Shown one piece after another: positions 1 through 11,900 of a DNA stretch of 64,000 bases. Position numbers and translations under genes: made by a program. The stretch lies in NCBI GenBank assembly GCA_964016885.1, contig OZ024743.1, positions 277,264,001-277,328,000 of the forward strand, read 5' to 3'. This DNA comes from Eledone cirrhosa (lineage: Eukaryota). The first letter of the stretch is position 1. Each line of letters begins with the position of its first letter. Under the pieces are notes generated by a model that saw nothing but the letters and a program-made list of their open reading frames with translations, had not been told where the DNA came from and searched no databases.

Positions 1-1
1 T

Positions 2-3000
2 TGGCGTTGTGGTTGTTGTGGTTGGCGTTGTGGTGGTGGTGGTTGATCTTATGGTTGTCGTGGTTGGCGTTGTGGTGGTTGTGGTTGGCGTTGTGGTGGT
101 TGTGGTTGGCGTTGTGCTGGTTGTGGTTGGCGTTGTTCTGGTTGTGGGTGGCGTAGTGGTGGTTGTGGTTGGCGTTGTGGTGGTTGTGGTTGGCGTTGTG
201 GTGGTTGTGGTTGGAGTTGTGGTGGTTGTGGTTGGCGTTGTGATGGTTGTGGTTGGCGTTGTGGTGGTTGTGGTTGCCGTTGTGGTTGGCGTTGTGGTGG
301 TTGTGGTTGGAGTTGTAGTGGTTGTTGTTGGCGTTGTGGTGCTTGTGGTTGGCGTTGTGGTGGTTGTGGTTGGCGTTGTGGTGGTTGTGGTTGGCGTTGT
401 GGTTGTTGTGGTTAGAGTTGTGGTAGTTGTGGTTGGCGTTGTGGTGGCTGTGGTTGGAGTTGTGGCGGTTGTGGTTGCCGTTGTGGTTGGCGTTGTGGTG
501 GTTGTGGTGGGAGTTGTGGTAGTTGTGGTTGGCGTTGTGGTGGTTGTGGTTGGAGTTGTGGTGGTTGTGGTTGGCGTTGTGGTGGTTGTGGTTGGAGTTG
601 TGGTGGTTGTGGTTGGCATTGTGGTGGTTGTGGTTGGCGTTGTGGTGGTTGTGGTTGGCGTTGTGGTGGTTGTGGTTGGCGTTGTGGTGGTTGTGGTTGG
701 AGTTGTGGTGGTTGTGGTTGGCGTTGTGGTGGTTGTGGTTGGAGTTGTGGTGGTTGTGGTTGGCGTTGTGGTGGTTGTGGTTGGCGTTGTGGTTGTTGTT
801 GTTGCCGTTGTGGTTGGCGTTGTGGTGGTTGTGGTTGGACTTGTGGTGGTTGTGGTTGGCGTTGTGGTGGTTGTGGTTGGCGTTGTGGTCGTTGTGGTTG
901 CCGTTGTGGTTGGCGTTGTGGTGGTTGTGGTTGGAGTTGTGGTGGTTGTAGTTGGCGTTGTGGTGGTTGTGGTTGGCGTTGGGGTTGTTGTGGTTGGCGT
1001 TGTGGTGGTTGTGGTTGCCGTTGTGGTTGGCGTTGTGGTGGTTGTGGTTGGCGTTGTGGTGGTTGTGGTTGGCGTTGTGGTGGTTGTGGTTGGCGTTGTG
1101 GTGGCTGTGGTTGGCGTTGTGGTTGTTGTGTTTGGCGTTGTGGTTGTTGTGGTTGGCGTTGTGGTTGTTGTGGTTGGCGTTGTGGTGGTTGTGGTTGGCG
1201 TTGTGGTGGTTGTGGCTGGCGTTGTGTTGGTTGTGGTTGGCGTTGTGGTGGTTGTGGTTGGCCTTGTGGTGGTTGTGGTTGAAGTTGTGGTGGTTGTGGT
1301 TGGCGTTGTGGTTGTTGTGGTTGGCGTTGTGGTGGTTGTCGTTGGCGTTGTGGTGGTTGTGGTTGGCGTTGTGGTGGTTGTGGTTGGCGTTGTGGTGGTT
1401 GTGCTTGCCGTTGTGGTTGGCGTTGTGGTGGTTGTGGTTGGTGTTGTGGTGGTTGTGGTTGGCGTTGTGGTGGATGTGGTTGGAGTTGTGGGGGTTGTGG
1501 TTGGCGTTGTGGGGGTTGTGGTTGGCGTTGTGGTGGTTGTGGTTGGAGTTGTTGTGGTTGTGGTTGGCGTTGTGGTTGTTGTGGTTGGCGTTATGGTTGT
1601 TGTGGTTGGCGTTGTGGTGGTTGTGGTTGGCGTTGTGGTGGTTGTGGTTGGCGTTGTGGTTGTTGTGGTTGGCGTTGTGGTTGTTGTGGTTGGCGTTGTG
1701 GTGGTTGTGGTTGGAGTTGTGGTGGTTGGCGTTGTGGTTGTTGTGGTTGATTTTGTGGTGGTTATGGATGGCGTTGTGGTTGTTGTGGTTGGCGTTGTGG
1801 TGGTTGTGTTTGGCGTTGTGGTGGTTGTGGTTGGCGTTGTAGTTGTTGTGGTTGGCGTTGTGGTGGTTGTGGTTGGAGTTGTAGTGGTTGTGGTTGGCGT
1901 TGTGGTTGTTGTGGTTGGCGTTGTGGTGGTTGTGGTTGGAGTTGTGGTTGTTTTGATTGGCGTTATGGTGGTTGTGATTGGCGTTGTGGTTGTTGTGGTT
2001 GGCGTTGTGGTTATTATGGATGGCGTTGTGGTTGTTGTGGTTGGCGTTGTGGTGGTTGTGGTTGGCGTTGTGGTGGTTGTGGTTGGCGTTGTGGTTGTTG
2101 TTGTTGCCGTTGTGGTTGGTGTTATGGTGGTTGTGGTTGGAGTTGTGGTGGTTGTGGTTGGCGTTGTGGTGGTTGTGGTTGGCGTTGTGGTCGTTGTGGT
2201 TGTCGTTGTGGTTGGCGTTGTGGTGGTTGTGGTTGGAGTTGTGGTGGTTGTAGTTGGCGTTGTGGTGGTTGTGGTTGGCGTTGTGGTTGTTGTGGTTGGC
2301 GTTGTGGTGGTTGTGGTTGTCGTTGTGGTTGGCGTTGTGGTGGTTGTGGTTGGAGTTGTGGTGGTTGTGGTTGGCGTTGTGGTGTTTGTGGTTGGCGTTG
2401 TGGTGGTTGTGGTTGTCGTTGTGGTTGGCGTTGTGGGGGTTGTGGTTGGAGTTGTGGTGGTTGTGGTTGGCGTTGAGGTGGTTGTGGTTGGAGTTGTGGT
2501 GCTTGTGGTTGGCGTTGTGGTGGTTGTGGTTGGCGTTGTGGTGGTTGTGGTTGGCGTTGTGGTGGTTGTGGTTGGCGTTGTGGTGGTTGTGGTTGGCGTT
2601 ATGGTTGTTGTGGTTGGCGTTGTGGTGGCTGTGGTTGGCGTTGTGGTGGCTGTGGTTGGCGTTGTGGTTGTTGTGTTTGGCGTTGTGGTTGGCGTTGTGG
2701 TTGTTGTGGTTGGCGTTGTGGTGGTTGTGGTTGGCGTTGTGGTGGTTGTGGTTGGCGTTGTGTTGGTTGTGGTTGGCGTTGTGGTAGTTGTGGTTGGCCT
2801 TGTGGTGGTTGTGGTTGAAGTTGTGGTGGTTGTGGTTGGCGTTGTGGTTGTTGTGGTTGGCGTTGTGGTGGTTGTCGTTGGCGTTGTGGTGGTTGTGGTT
2901 GACGTTGTGGTGGTTGTGGTTGGCGTTGTGGTGGTTGTGGTTGCCGTTGTGGTTGGCATTGTGGTGGTTGTGGTTGGAGTTGTGGTGGTTGTGGTTGGCA

Positions 3001-5131
3001 TTGTGGTGGATGTGGTTGGAGTTGTGGGGGTTGTGGTTGGCGTTGTGGTAGTTGTGGTTGGCGTTGTGGTGGTTGTGGTTGGAGTTGTTGTGGTTGTGGT
3101 TGGCGTTGTGGTTGTTGTGGTTGGCGTTATGGTTGTTGTGGTTGGCGTTGTGGTGGTTGTGGTTGGCGTTGTGGTGGTTGTGGTTGGAGTTGTGGTGGTT
3201 GGTGTTGTGGTTGTTGTGGTTGATGTTGTGGTGGTTATGGATGGCGTTGTGGTTGTTGTGGTTGGCGTTGTGGTGGTTGTGGTTGGAGTTGTGGTTGTTT
3301 TGATTGGCGTTATGGTGGTTGTGATTGGCGTTGTGGTGGTTGTGGTTGGCGTTGTGGTGGTTGTGGTTGGCGTTGTGGTTGTTGTGGTTGGCGTTGTGGT
3401 TATTATGGATGGCGTTGTGGTTGTTGTGGTTGGCGTTGTGGTGGTTGTGGTTGGCGTTGTGGTGGTTGTGGTTGGCGTTGTGGTTGTTGTTGTTGCCGTT
3501 GTGGTTGGCGTTGTGGTGGTTGTGGTTGGAGTTGTGGTGCTTGTGGTTGGCGTTGAGGTGGTTGTGGTTGGCGTTGTGGTGTTTGTGGTTGGCGTTGTGG
3601 TGGTTGTGGTTGCCGTTGTGGTCGTTGTGGTTGCCGTTGTGGTTGGCGTTGTGGTGGTTGTGGTTGGAGTTGTGGTGGTTGTAGTTGGCGTTGTGGTGGT
3701 TGTGGTTGGCGTTGTGGTTGTTGTGGTTGGCGTTGTGGTGGTTGTGGTTGCCGTTGTGGTTGGCGTTGTGGTGGTTGTGGTTGGAGTTGTGGTGTTTGTG
3801 GTTGGCGTTGTGGTGGTTGTGGTTGCCGTTGTGGTTGGCGTTGTGGTGGTTGTGGTTGGAGTTGTGGTGCTTGTGGTTGGCGTTGAGGTGGTTGTGGTTG
3901 GCGTTGTGGTGTTTGTGGTTGGCGTTGTGGTGGTTGTGGTTGCCGTTGTGGTTGGCGTTGTGGTGGTTGTGGTTGGAGTTGTGGTGCTTGTGGTTGGCGT
4001 TGAGGTGGTTGTGGTTGGAGTTGTGGTGCTTGTGGTTGGCGTTGTGGTGGTTGTGGTTGGCGTTGTGGTGGTTGTGGTTGGCGTTGTGGTGGTTGTGGTT
4101 GGCGTTGTGGTGGTTGTGGTTGGCGTTATGGTTGTTGTGGTTGGCGTTGTGGTGGCTGTGGTTGGCGTTGTGGTTGTTGTGTTTGGCGTTGTGGTTGTTG
4201 TGGTTGGCGTTGTGGTTGTTGTGGTTGGCGTTGTGGTGGTTGTGGTTGACGTTGAGGTGGTTGTGGTTGGCGTTGTGGTTGTTGTGGTTGGCGTTGTGGT
4301 GGTTGTGGTTGGCCTTATGGTTGATGTGGTTGGCGTTGTGGTGGTTCTGGTTGGCGTTGTGGTGGTTGTGGTTGGCGTTGTGGTGGTTGTGGTTGGAGTT
4401 GCGGTGGTTGTGGTTGGCGTTGTGGTGGTTGTGAGTGGCGTTGTGGTGGTTGTGGTTGGCGTTGTGGTTGTTGTGGTTGGCGTTGTGGTGGTGGTGGTTG
4501 ATCTTATGGTTGTTGTGGTTGGCGTTGTGGTTGTTGTGGTTGGCGTTGTGGTGGTTGTGGTTGGCGTTGTGGTGGTTGTGGTTGGCGTTGTGGTTGTTGT
4601 GGTTGGCGTTGTGGTGGTTGTGGTTGGAGTTGTGGTGGTTGTGGTTGGCGTTGTGGTTGTTGTGGTTGGCGTTGTGGTGGTTGTGGTTGGAGTTGTGGTT
4701 GTTTTGATTGGCGTTATGGTGGTTGTGATTGGCGTTGTGGTGGTTGTGGTTGGCATTGTGGTGGTTGTGGTTGGCGTTGTGGTTGTTGTGGTTGGCGTTG
4801 TGGTTATTATGGATGGCGTTGTGGTTGTTGTGGTTGGCGTTGTGGTGGTTGTGGTTGGCGTTGTGGTGGTTGTGGTTGGCGTTGGGGTTGTTGTGGTTTG
4901 CGTTGTGGTGCTGGTGGTTGGAGTTGTGGTGGTTGTGGTTGGCGTTGTGGTGGTTGTGGTTGGCGTTGTGGTGGTTGTGGTTGGCGTCGTGGTGGTTGTG
5001 GTTGGCGTTGTGGTTGTTGTGGTTGGCGTTGTGGTGGTTGTGGTTGGCGTTATGGTAGTTGTGGTTGGCGTTGTAGTGGTTGTGGTTGGGGTTGTGGTTG
5101 TTGTTGTTGGCGTTGTGGTGGTTGTGGTTGG
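2..5131 (-). CDS. Longest unbroken Thr/Pro-rich frame (1,710 codons of PTTTTTT-type repeat), open off the left edge; partial and hypothetical
   Basis: No frameshifting monomer lies left of 5130. The mirror poly-Val frame of ORF 9..6068 stays in register to about 5130. There is an in-frame ATG at 4756-4754 and no stop before the window edge. The openness could come from repeat composition alone. Confidence 0.2.
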
Positions 5132-8100
5132 TGGTTTTGGTGGTTGTGGTTGGCGTTGTGGTGGTTGTGGTTGGCGTTGTGGTGGTTGTGGTTGGCGTGG
5201 TGGTTGTATGTGGTTGGCGTTGTGGTGGTTGTGGTTGGCGTTGTGGTTGTTGTGGTTGGCGTTTGCCCGGTTGTGGTTGGAGTTGTGGTGGTTGTGGTTG
5301 GCGTTGTCGTTGTTGTGGTTGGAGTTGTGGTGGTTGTGGTTGGCGTTGTGGTGGTTGTGGTTGGCGTTTGCCCGGTTGTGGTTGGAGTTGTGGTGGGAGT
5401 GGTTGGCGTTGTGGTTGTTGTGGTTGGAGTTGTGGTGGTTGTGGTTGGCGTTGTGGTGGTTGTGGTTGGCGTTGTGGTGGTTGTGGTTGGCGTTGTGGTG
5501 GTTGTGGTTGGCGTTGTGGTGGTTGTGGTTGGCGTTGTGGTTGTTGTGTTTGGCGTTGTGGTGGTTGTGGTTGGCGTTGTGGTGGTTGTGGTTGGCGTTG
5601 TGGTGGTTGTGGTTGTCGTTGTGGTTGGCGTTGTGGTGGTTGTGCTTGGAGTTGTGGTGGTTGTGTTTGGCGTTGTGGTGGTTGTGGTTGGCGTTGTGGT
5701 GGTTGTGGTTGGCGTTTGCCCGGTGGTGGTTGACGTTGAGGTGGTTGTGGTTGGAGTTGTGGTGCTTGTGGTTGGCGTTGTGGTGGTTGTGGTTGGCGTT
5801 GTGGTGGTTGTGGTTGGCGTTGTGGTCGTTGTGGTTGGCGTTGTGGTGGTTGTGGTTGGCGTTATGGTTGTTGTGGTTGGCGTTGTGGTGGCTGTGGTTG
5901 GCGTGTGGTTGTTGTGTTTGGCATTGTGGTTGTTGTGGTTGGCGTTGTGGTTGTTGTGGTTGGCGTTGTGGTGGTTGTGGTTGGCGTTGTGGTGGTTGTG
6001 GTTGGCGTTGTGTTGGTTGTGGTTGGCGTTGTGGTGGTTGTGGTTGGCCTTGCGGTGGTTGTGGTTGAAGTTGTGGTGGTTGTGGTTGGCGTTGTGGTTG
6101 TTGTGGTTGGCGTTGTGGTGGTTGTGGTTGGCGTTGTGGTTGGCGTTGTGGTGGTTGTGGTTGGAGTTGTGGTGGTTGTGGTTGGAGTTGTGGTGGTTGT
6201 GGTTGGCGTTGTGGTAGTTGTGGTTGGCGTTGTGGTGGTTGTGGTTGGCGTTGTGGTTGTTGTGGTTGGCGTTATGGTTGTTGTGGTTGGCGTTGTGGTG
6301 GTTGTGGTTGGCGTTGTGGTGGTTGTGGTTGGCGTTGTGGTTGTTGTGGTTGGCGTTGTGGTTGTTGTGGTTGGCGTTGTGGTGGTTGTGGTTGGAGTTG
6401 TGGTGGTTGGCGTTGTGGTTGTTGTGGTTGATGTTGTGGTGGTTATGGATGGCGTTGTGGTTGTTGTGGTTAGCGTTGTGGTGGTTGTGGTTGGCGTTGT
6501 GGTGGTTGTGGTTGGCGTTGTGGTTGTTGTGGTTGGCGTTGTAGTGGTTGTGGTTGAAGTTGTGGTGGTTGTGTTTGGCGTTGTGGTGGTTGTGGTTGGC
6601 GTTGTGGTGGTTGTGGTTGGCGTTGTGGTGGTTGTGGTTGCCGTTGTGGTTGGCGTTGTGGTGGTTGTGGTTGGAGTTGTGGTGGTTGTGGTTGGCGTTG
6701 AGGTGGTTGTGGTTGGAGTTGTGGTGCTTGTGGTTGGCGTTGTGGTGGTTGTGGTTGGCGTTGTGGTGGTTGTGGTTGGCGTTGTGGTGGTTGTGGTTGG
6801 CGTTGTGGTGGTTGTGTTTGGCGTTATGGTTGTTGTGGTTGGCGTTGTGGTGGCTGTGGTTGGCGTTGTGGTTGTTGTCTTTGGCGTTGTGGTTGTTGTG
6901 GTTGGCGTTGTGGTTGTTGTGGTTGGCGTTGTGGTGGTTGTGGTTGGCGTTGTGGTGGTTGTGGTTGGCGTTGTGTTGGTTGTGGTTGGTGTTGTGGTGG
7001 TTGTGGTTGGCCTTGTGGTGGTTGTGGTTGAAGTTGTGGTGGTTGTGGTTGCCGTTGTGGTTGGCGTTGTGGTGGTTGTGGTTGGAGTTGTGGTGGTTGT
7101 GGTTGGCTTTGTGGTGGATGTGGTTGGAGTTGTGGGGGTTGTGGTTGGCGTTGTGGTAGTTGTGGTTGGCGTTGTGGTGGTTGTGGTTGGAGTTGTTGTG
7201 GTTGTGGTTGGCGTTGTGGTTGTTGTGGTTGGCGTTATGGTTGTTGTGGTTGGCGTTGTGGTGGTTGTGGTTGGCGTTGTGGTGGTTGTGGTTGGCGTTG
7301 TGGTTGTTGTGGTTGGCGTTGTGGTTGTTGTGGTTGCCGTTGTGGTGGTTGTGGTTGGAGTTGTGGTGGTTGGCGTTGTGGTTGTTGTGGTTGATGTTGT
7401 GGTGGTTATGGATGGCGTTGTGGTTGTTGTGGTTGGCGTTGTGGTGGTTGTGGTTGGCGTTGTGGTGGTTGTGGTTGGCGTTGTGGTTGTTGTGGTTGGC
7501 GTTGTGGTGGTTGTGGTTGGAGTTGTGGTGGTTGTGGTTGGCGTTGTGGTTGTTGTGGTTGGCGTTGTGGTGGTTGTGGTTGGAGTTGTGGTTGTTTTGA
7601 TTGGCGTTATGGTGGTTGTGATTGGCGTTGTGGTGGTTGTGGTTGGCATTGTGGTGGTTGTGGTTGGCGTTGTGGTTGTTGTGGTTGGCGTTGTGGTTAT
7701 TATGGATGGCGTTGTGGTTGTTGTGGTTGGCGTTGTGGTGGTTGTGGTTGGCGTTGTGGTGGTTGTGGTTGGCGTTGGCTTTGTTGTGGTTTGCGTTGTC
7801 GTGCTGGTGGTTGGAGTTGTGGTGGTTGTGGTTGGCGTTGTGGTGGTTGTGGTTGGCGTTGTGGTGGTTGTGGTTGGCGTTGTGGTGGTTGTGGTTGGCG
7901 TTGTGGTTGTTGTGGTTGGCGTTGTGGTGGTTGTGGTTGGCGTTATGGTAGTTGTGGTTGGCGTTGTGGTGGTTGTGGTTGGGGTTGTGGTTGTTGTTGT
8001 TGGCGTTGTGGTGGTTGTGGTTGGTGGTTTTGGTGGTTGTGGTTGGCGTTGTGGTGGTTGTGGTTGGCGTTGTGGTGGTTGGCGTTGTGGTTGTTGTGGT

Positions 8101-8390
8101 TGATGTTGTGGTGGTTATGGATGGCGTTGTGGTTGTTGTGGTTGGCGTTGTGGTGGTTGTGGTTGGCGTTGTGGTGGTTGTGGTTGGCGTTGTGGTTGTT
8201 ATGGTTGGCGTTGTGGTGGTTGTGGTTGGAGTTGTGGTGGTTGTGGTTGGCGTTGTGGTTGTTGTGGTTGGCGTTGTGGTGGTTGTGGTTGGAGTTGTGG
8301 TTGTTTTGATTGGCGTTATGGTGGTTGTGATTGGCGTTGTGGTGGTTGTGGTTGGCATTGTGGTGGTTGTGGTTGGCGTTGTGGTTGTTG
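2880..8390. repeat. About 5.5-kb block duplicated at about 13970-19330 (offset about 11 kb)
   Basis: Rare variants occur in the same order: GACGTTGTGG 2901/13989; GATCTTATGG 4500/15546; 22-bp unit 5130/16155 and 8023/18961; 20-bp unit 5900/16841. Offsets of 11088-10938 drift by whole monomers or in-frame sub-units. Confidence 0.85.
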
Positions 8391-8945
8391 TGGTTGGGGT
8401 TGTGGTTATTATGGATGGCGTTGTGGTTGTTGTGGTTGGCGTTGTGGTGGTTGTGGTTGGCGTTGTGGTGGTTGTGGTTGGCGTTGGGGTTGTTGTGGTT
8501 TGCGTTGTGGTGCTGGTGGTTGGAGTTGTGGTGGTTGTGGTTGGCGTTGTGGTGGTTGTGGTTGGCGTTGTGGTGGTTGTGGTTGGCGTTGTGGTGGTTG
8601 TGGTTGGCGTTGTGGTTGTTGTGGTTGGCGTTGTTGTGGTTGTGGTTGGCGTTATGGTAGTTGTGGTTGGCGTTGTGGTGGTTGTGGTTGGGGTTGTGGT
8701 TGTTGTTGTTGGCGTTGTGGTTGTTGTGGTTGGTGGTTTTGGTGGTTGTGGTTGGCGTTGTGGTGGTTGTGGTTGGCGTTGTGGTGGTTGTGGTTGGCGT
8801 TGTGGTTGTTGTGGTTGGCGTTGTGGTGGTTGTGGTTGGCGTTATGGTAGTTGTGGTTGGCGTTGTGGTGGTTGTGGTTGGGGTTGTGGTTGTTGTTGTT
8901 GGCGTTGTGGTTGTTGTGGTTGGTGGTTTTGGTGGTTGTGGTTGG
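7390..8945. repeat. 709-bp tandem sub-duplication followed by a 190-bp duplication
   Basis: 22-bp marker at 8023, 8732 (+709) and 8922 (+190). The GGCATT marker pairs give ORF starts 7649/8358, 18587/19296, 24401/25110 and 27613/28322 (all +709) and 30043/30753 (+710). Confidence 0.85.
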
Positions 8946-11900
8946 CGTTGTGGTGGTTGTGGTTGGCGTTGTGGTGGTTGTGGTTGGCGTGGTGGTTGTA
9001 TGTGGTTGGCGTTGTGGTGGTTGTGGTTGGCGTTTGCCCGGTTGTGGTTGGAGTTGTGGTGGTAGTGGTTGGCGTTGTGGTTGTTGTGGTTGGAGTTGTG
9101 GTGGTTGTGGTTGCCGTTGTGGTGGTTGTGGTTGGCGTTGTGGTGGTTATGGTTGGCGTTGTGGTGGTTGTGGTTGGCGTTGTGGTGGTTGTGGTTGCCG
9201 TTGTGGTTGGCGTTGTGGTGGTTGTGCTTGGAGTTGTGGTGGTTGTGTTTGGCGTTGTGGTGGTTGTGGTTGGCGTTGTGGTGGTTGTGGTTGGCGTTTG
9301 CCCGGTGGTGGTTGCCGTTGAGGTGGTTGTGGTTGGAGTTGTGGTGCTTGTGGTTGGCGTTGTGGTGGTTGTGGTTGGCGTTGTGGTGGTTGTGGTTGGC
9401 GTTGTGGTGGTTGTGGTTGGCGTTGTGGTGGTTGTGGTTGGCGTTATGGTTGTTGTGGTTGGCGTTGTGGTGGCTGTGGTTGGCGTTGTGGTTGTTGTGT
9501 TTGGCGTTGTGGTTGTTGTGGTTGGCGTTGTGGTTGTTGTGGTTGGCGTTGTGGTGGTTGTGGTTGGCGTTGTGGTGGTTGTGGTTGGCGTTGTGTTGGT
9601 TGTGGTTGGCGTTGTGGTGGTTGTGATTGGCGTTGTGGTGGTTGTGGTTGGCCTTGTGGTGGTTGTGGTTGAAGTTGTGGTGGTTGTGGTTGGCGTTGTG
9701 GTTGTTGTGGTTGGCGTTGTGGTGGTTGTGGTTGGCGTTGTGGTGGTTGTGGTTGGCGTTGTGGTGGTTGTGGTTGGCGTTGTGGTGGTTGTGGTTGCCG
9801 TTGTGGTTGGCGTTGTGGTGGTTGTGGTTGGAGTTGTGGTTGTGGTTGGCGTTGTGGTGGTTGTGGTTGGAGTTGTGGTGGTTGTGGTTGGCGTTGTGGT
9901 GGTTGTGGTTGGCGTTGTGGTGGTTGTGATTGGAGTTGTGGTGGTTGTGGTTGGAGTTGTGGTGGTTGTGGTTGGCGTTGTGGTAGTTGTGGTTGGCGTT
10001 GTGGTGGTTGTGTCTGGCGTTGTGGTTGTTGTGGTTGGCGTTATGGTTGTTGTGGTTGGCGTTGTGGTGGTTGTGGTTGGCGTTGTGGTGGTTGTGGTTG
10101 GCGTTGTGGTTGTTGTGGTTGGCGTTGTGTTTGTTGTGGTTGGCGTTGTGGTGGTTGTGGTTGGAGTTGTGGTGGTTGGCGTTGTGGTTGTTGTGGTTGA
10201 TGTTGTGGTGGTTATGGATGGCGTTGTGGTTGTTGTGGTTGGCGTTGTGGTGGTTGTGGTTGGCGTTGTGGTGGTTGTGGTTGGCGTTGTGGTTGTTGTG
10301 GTTGGCGTTGTAGTGGTTGTGGTTGAAGTTGTGGTGGTTGTGTTTGGCGTTGTGGTGGTTGTGGTTGGCGTTGTGGTGGTTGTGGTTGGCGTTGTGGTGG
10401 TTGTGGTTGCCGTTGTGGTTGGCGTTGTGGTGGTTGTGGTTGGAGTTGTGGTGGTTGTGGTTGGCGTTGAGGTGGTTGTGGTTGGAGTTGTGGTGCTTGT
10501 GGTTGGCGTTGTGGTGGTTGTGGTTGGCGTTGTGGTGGTTGTGTTTGGCGTTGTGGTGGTTGTGGTTGGCGTTGTGGTGGTTGTGGTTGGCGTTATGGTT
10601 GTTGTGGTTGGCGTTGTGGTGGCTGTGGTTGGCGTTGTGGTTGTTGTCTTTGGCGTTGTGGTGGTTGTGGTTGGCGTTGTGGTTGTTGTGGTTGGCGTTG
10701 TGGTGGTTGTGGTTGGCGTTGTGGTGGTTGTGGTTGGCGTTGTGGTGGTTGTGGTTGGTGTTGTGTTGGTTGTGGTTTGCCTTGTGGTGGTTGTGGTTGA
10801 AGTTGTGGTGGTTGTGGTTACCGTTGTGGATGGCGTTGTGGTGGTTGTGGTTGGAGTTGTGGTGGTTGTGGTTGGCGTTGTGGTGGATGTGGTTGGAGTT
10901 GTGGGGGTTGTGGTTGGCGTTGTGGTAGTTGTGGTTGGCGTTGTGGTGGTTGTGGTTGGAGTTGTTGTGGTTGTGGTTGGCGTTGTGGTTGTTGTGGTTG
11001 GCGTTATGGTTGTTGTGGTTGGCGTTGTGGTGGTTGTGGTTGGCGTTGTGGTGGTTGTGGTTGGCGTTGTGGTTGTTGTGGTTGGCGTTGTGGTTGTTGT
11101 GGTTGGCGTTGTGGTGGTTGTGGTTGGAGTTGTGGTGGTTGGCGTTGTGGTTGTTGTGGTTGATGTTGTGGTGGTTATGGATGGCGTTGTGGTTGTTGTG
11201 GTTGGCGTTGTGGTGGTTGTGGTTGGCGTTGTGGTGGTTGTGGTTGGCGTTGTGGTTGTTGTGGTTGGCGTTGTGGTGGTTGTGGTTGGAGTTGTGGTGG
11301 TTGTGGTTGGCGTTGTGGTTGTTGTGGTTGGCGTTGTGGTGGTTGTGGTTGGAGTTGTGGTTGTTTTGATTGGCGTTATGGTGGTTGTGATTGGCGTTGT
11401 GGTGGTTGTGGTTGGCATTGTGGTGGTTGTGGTTGGCGTTGTGGTTGTTGTGGTTGGCGTTGTGGTTATTATGGATGGCGTTGTGGTTGTTGTGGTTGGC
11501 GTTGTGGTGGTTGTGGTTGGCGTTGTGGTGGTTGTGGTTGGCGTTGGGGTTGTTGTGGTTTGCGTTGTGGTGCTGGTGGTTGGAGTTGTGGTGGTTGTGG
11601 TTGGCGTTGTGGTGGTTGTGGTTGGCGTTGTGGTGGTTGTGGTTGGCGTTGTGGTGGTTGTGGTTGGCGTTGTGGTTGTTGTGGTTGGCGTTGTGGTGGT
11701 TGTGGTTGGCGTTATGGTAGTTGTGGTTGGCGTTGTGGTGGTTGTGGTTGGGGTTGTGGTTGTTGTTGTTGGCGTTGTGGTGGTTGTGGTTGGTGGTTTT
11801 GGTGGTTGTGGTTGGCGTTGTGGTGGTTGTGGTTGGCGTTGTGGTGGTTGTGGTTGGCGTGGTGGTTGTATGTGGTTGGCGTTGTGGTGGTTGTGGTTGG

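Noticed and set aside
4910-4917. E. coli Chi octamer GCTGGTGG, recurring in the GTGCTGGTGGTT variant monomer
   Set aside because: It is a near-consensus variant of a G/T-rich repeat copied along with its module. Nothing suggests an enterobacterial context or RecBCD relevance.
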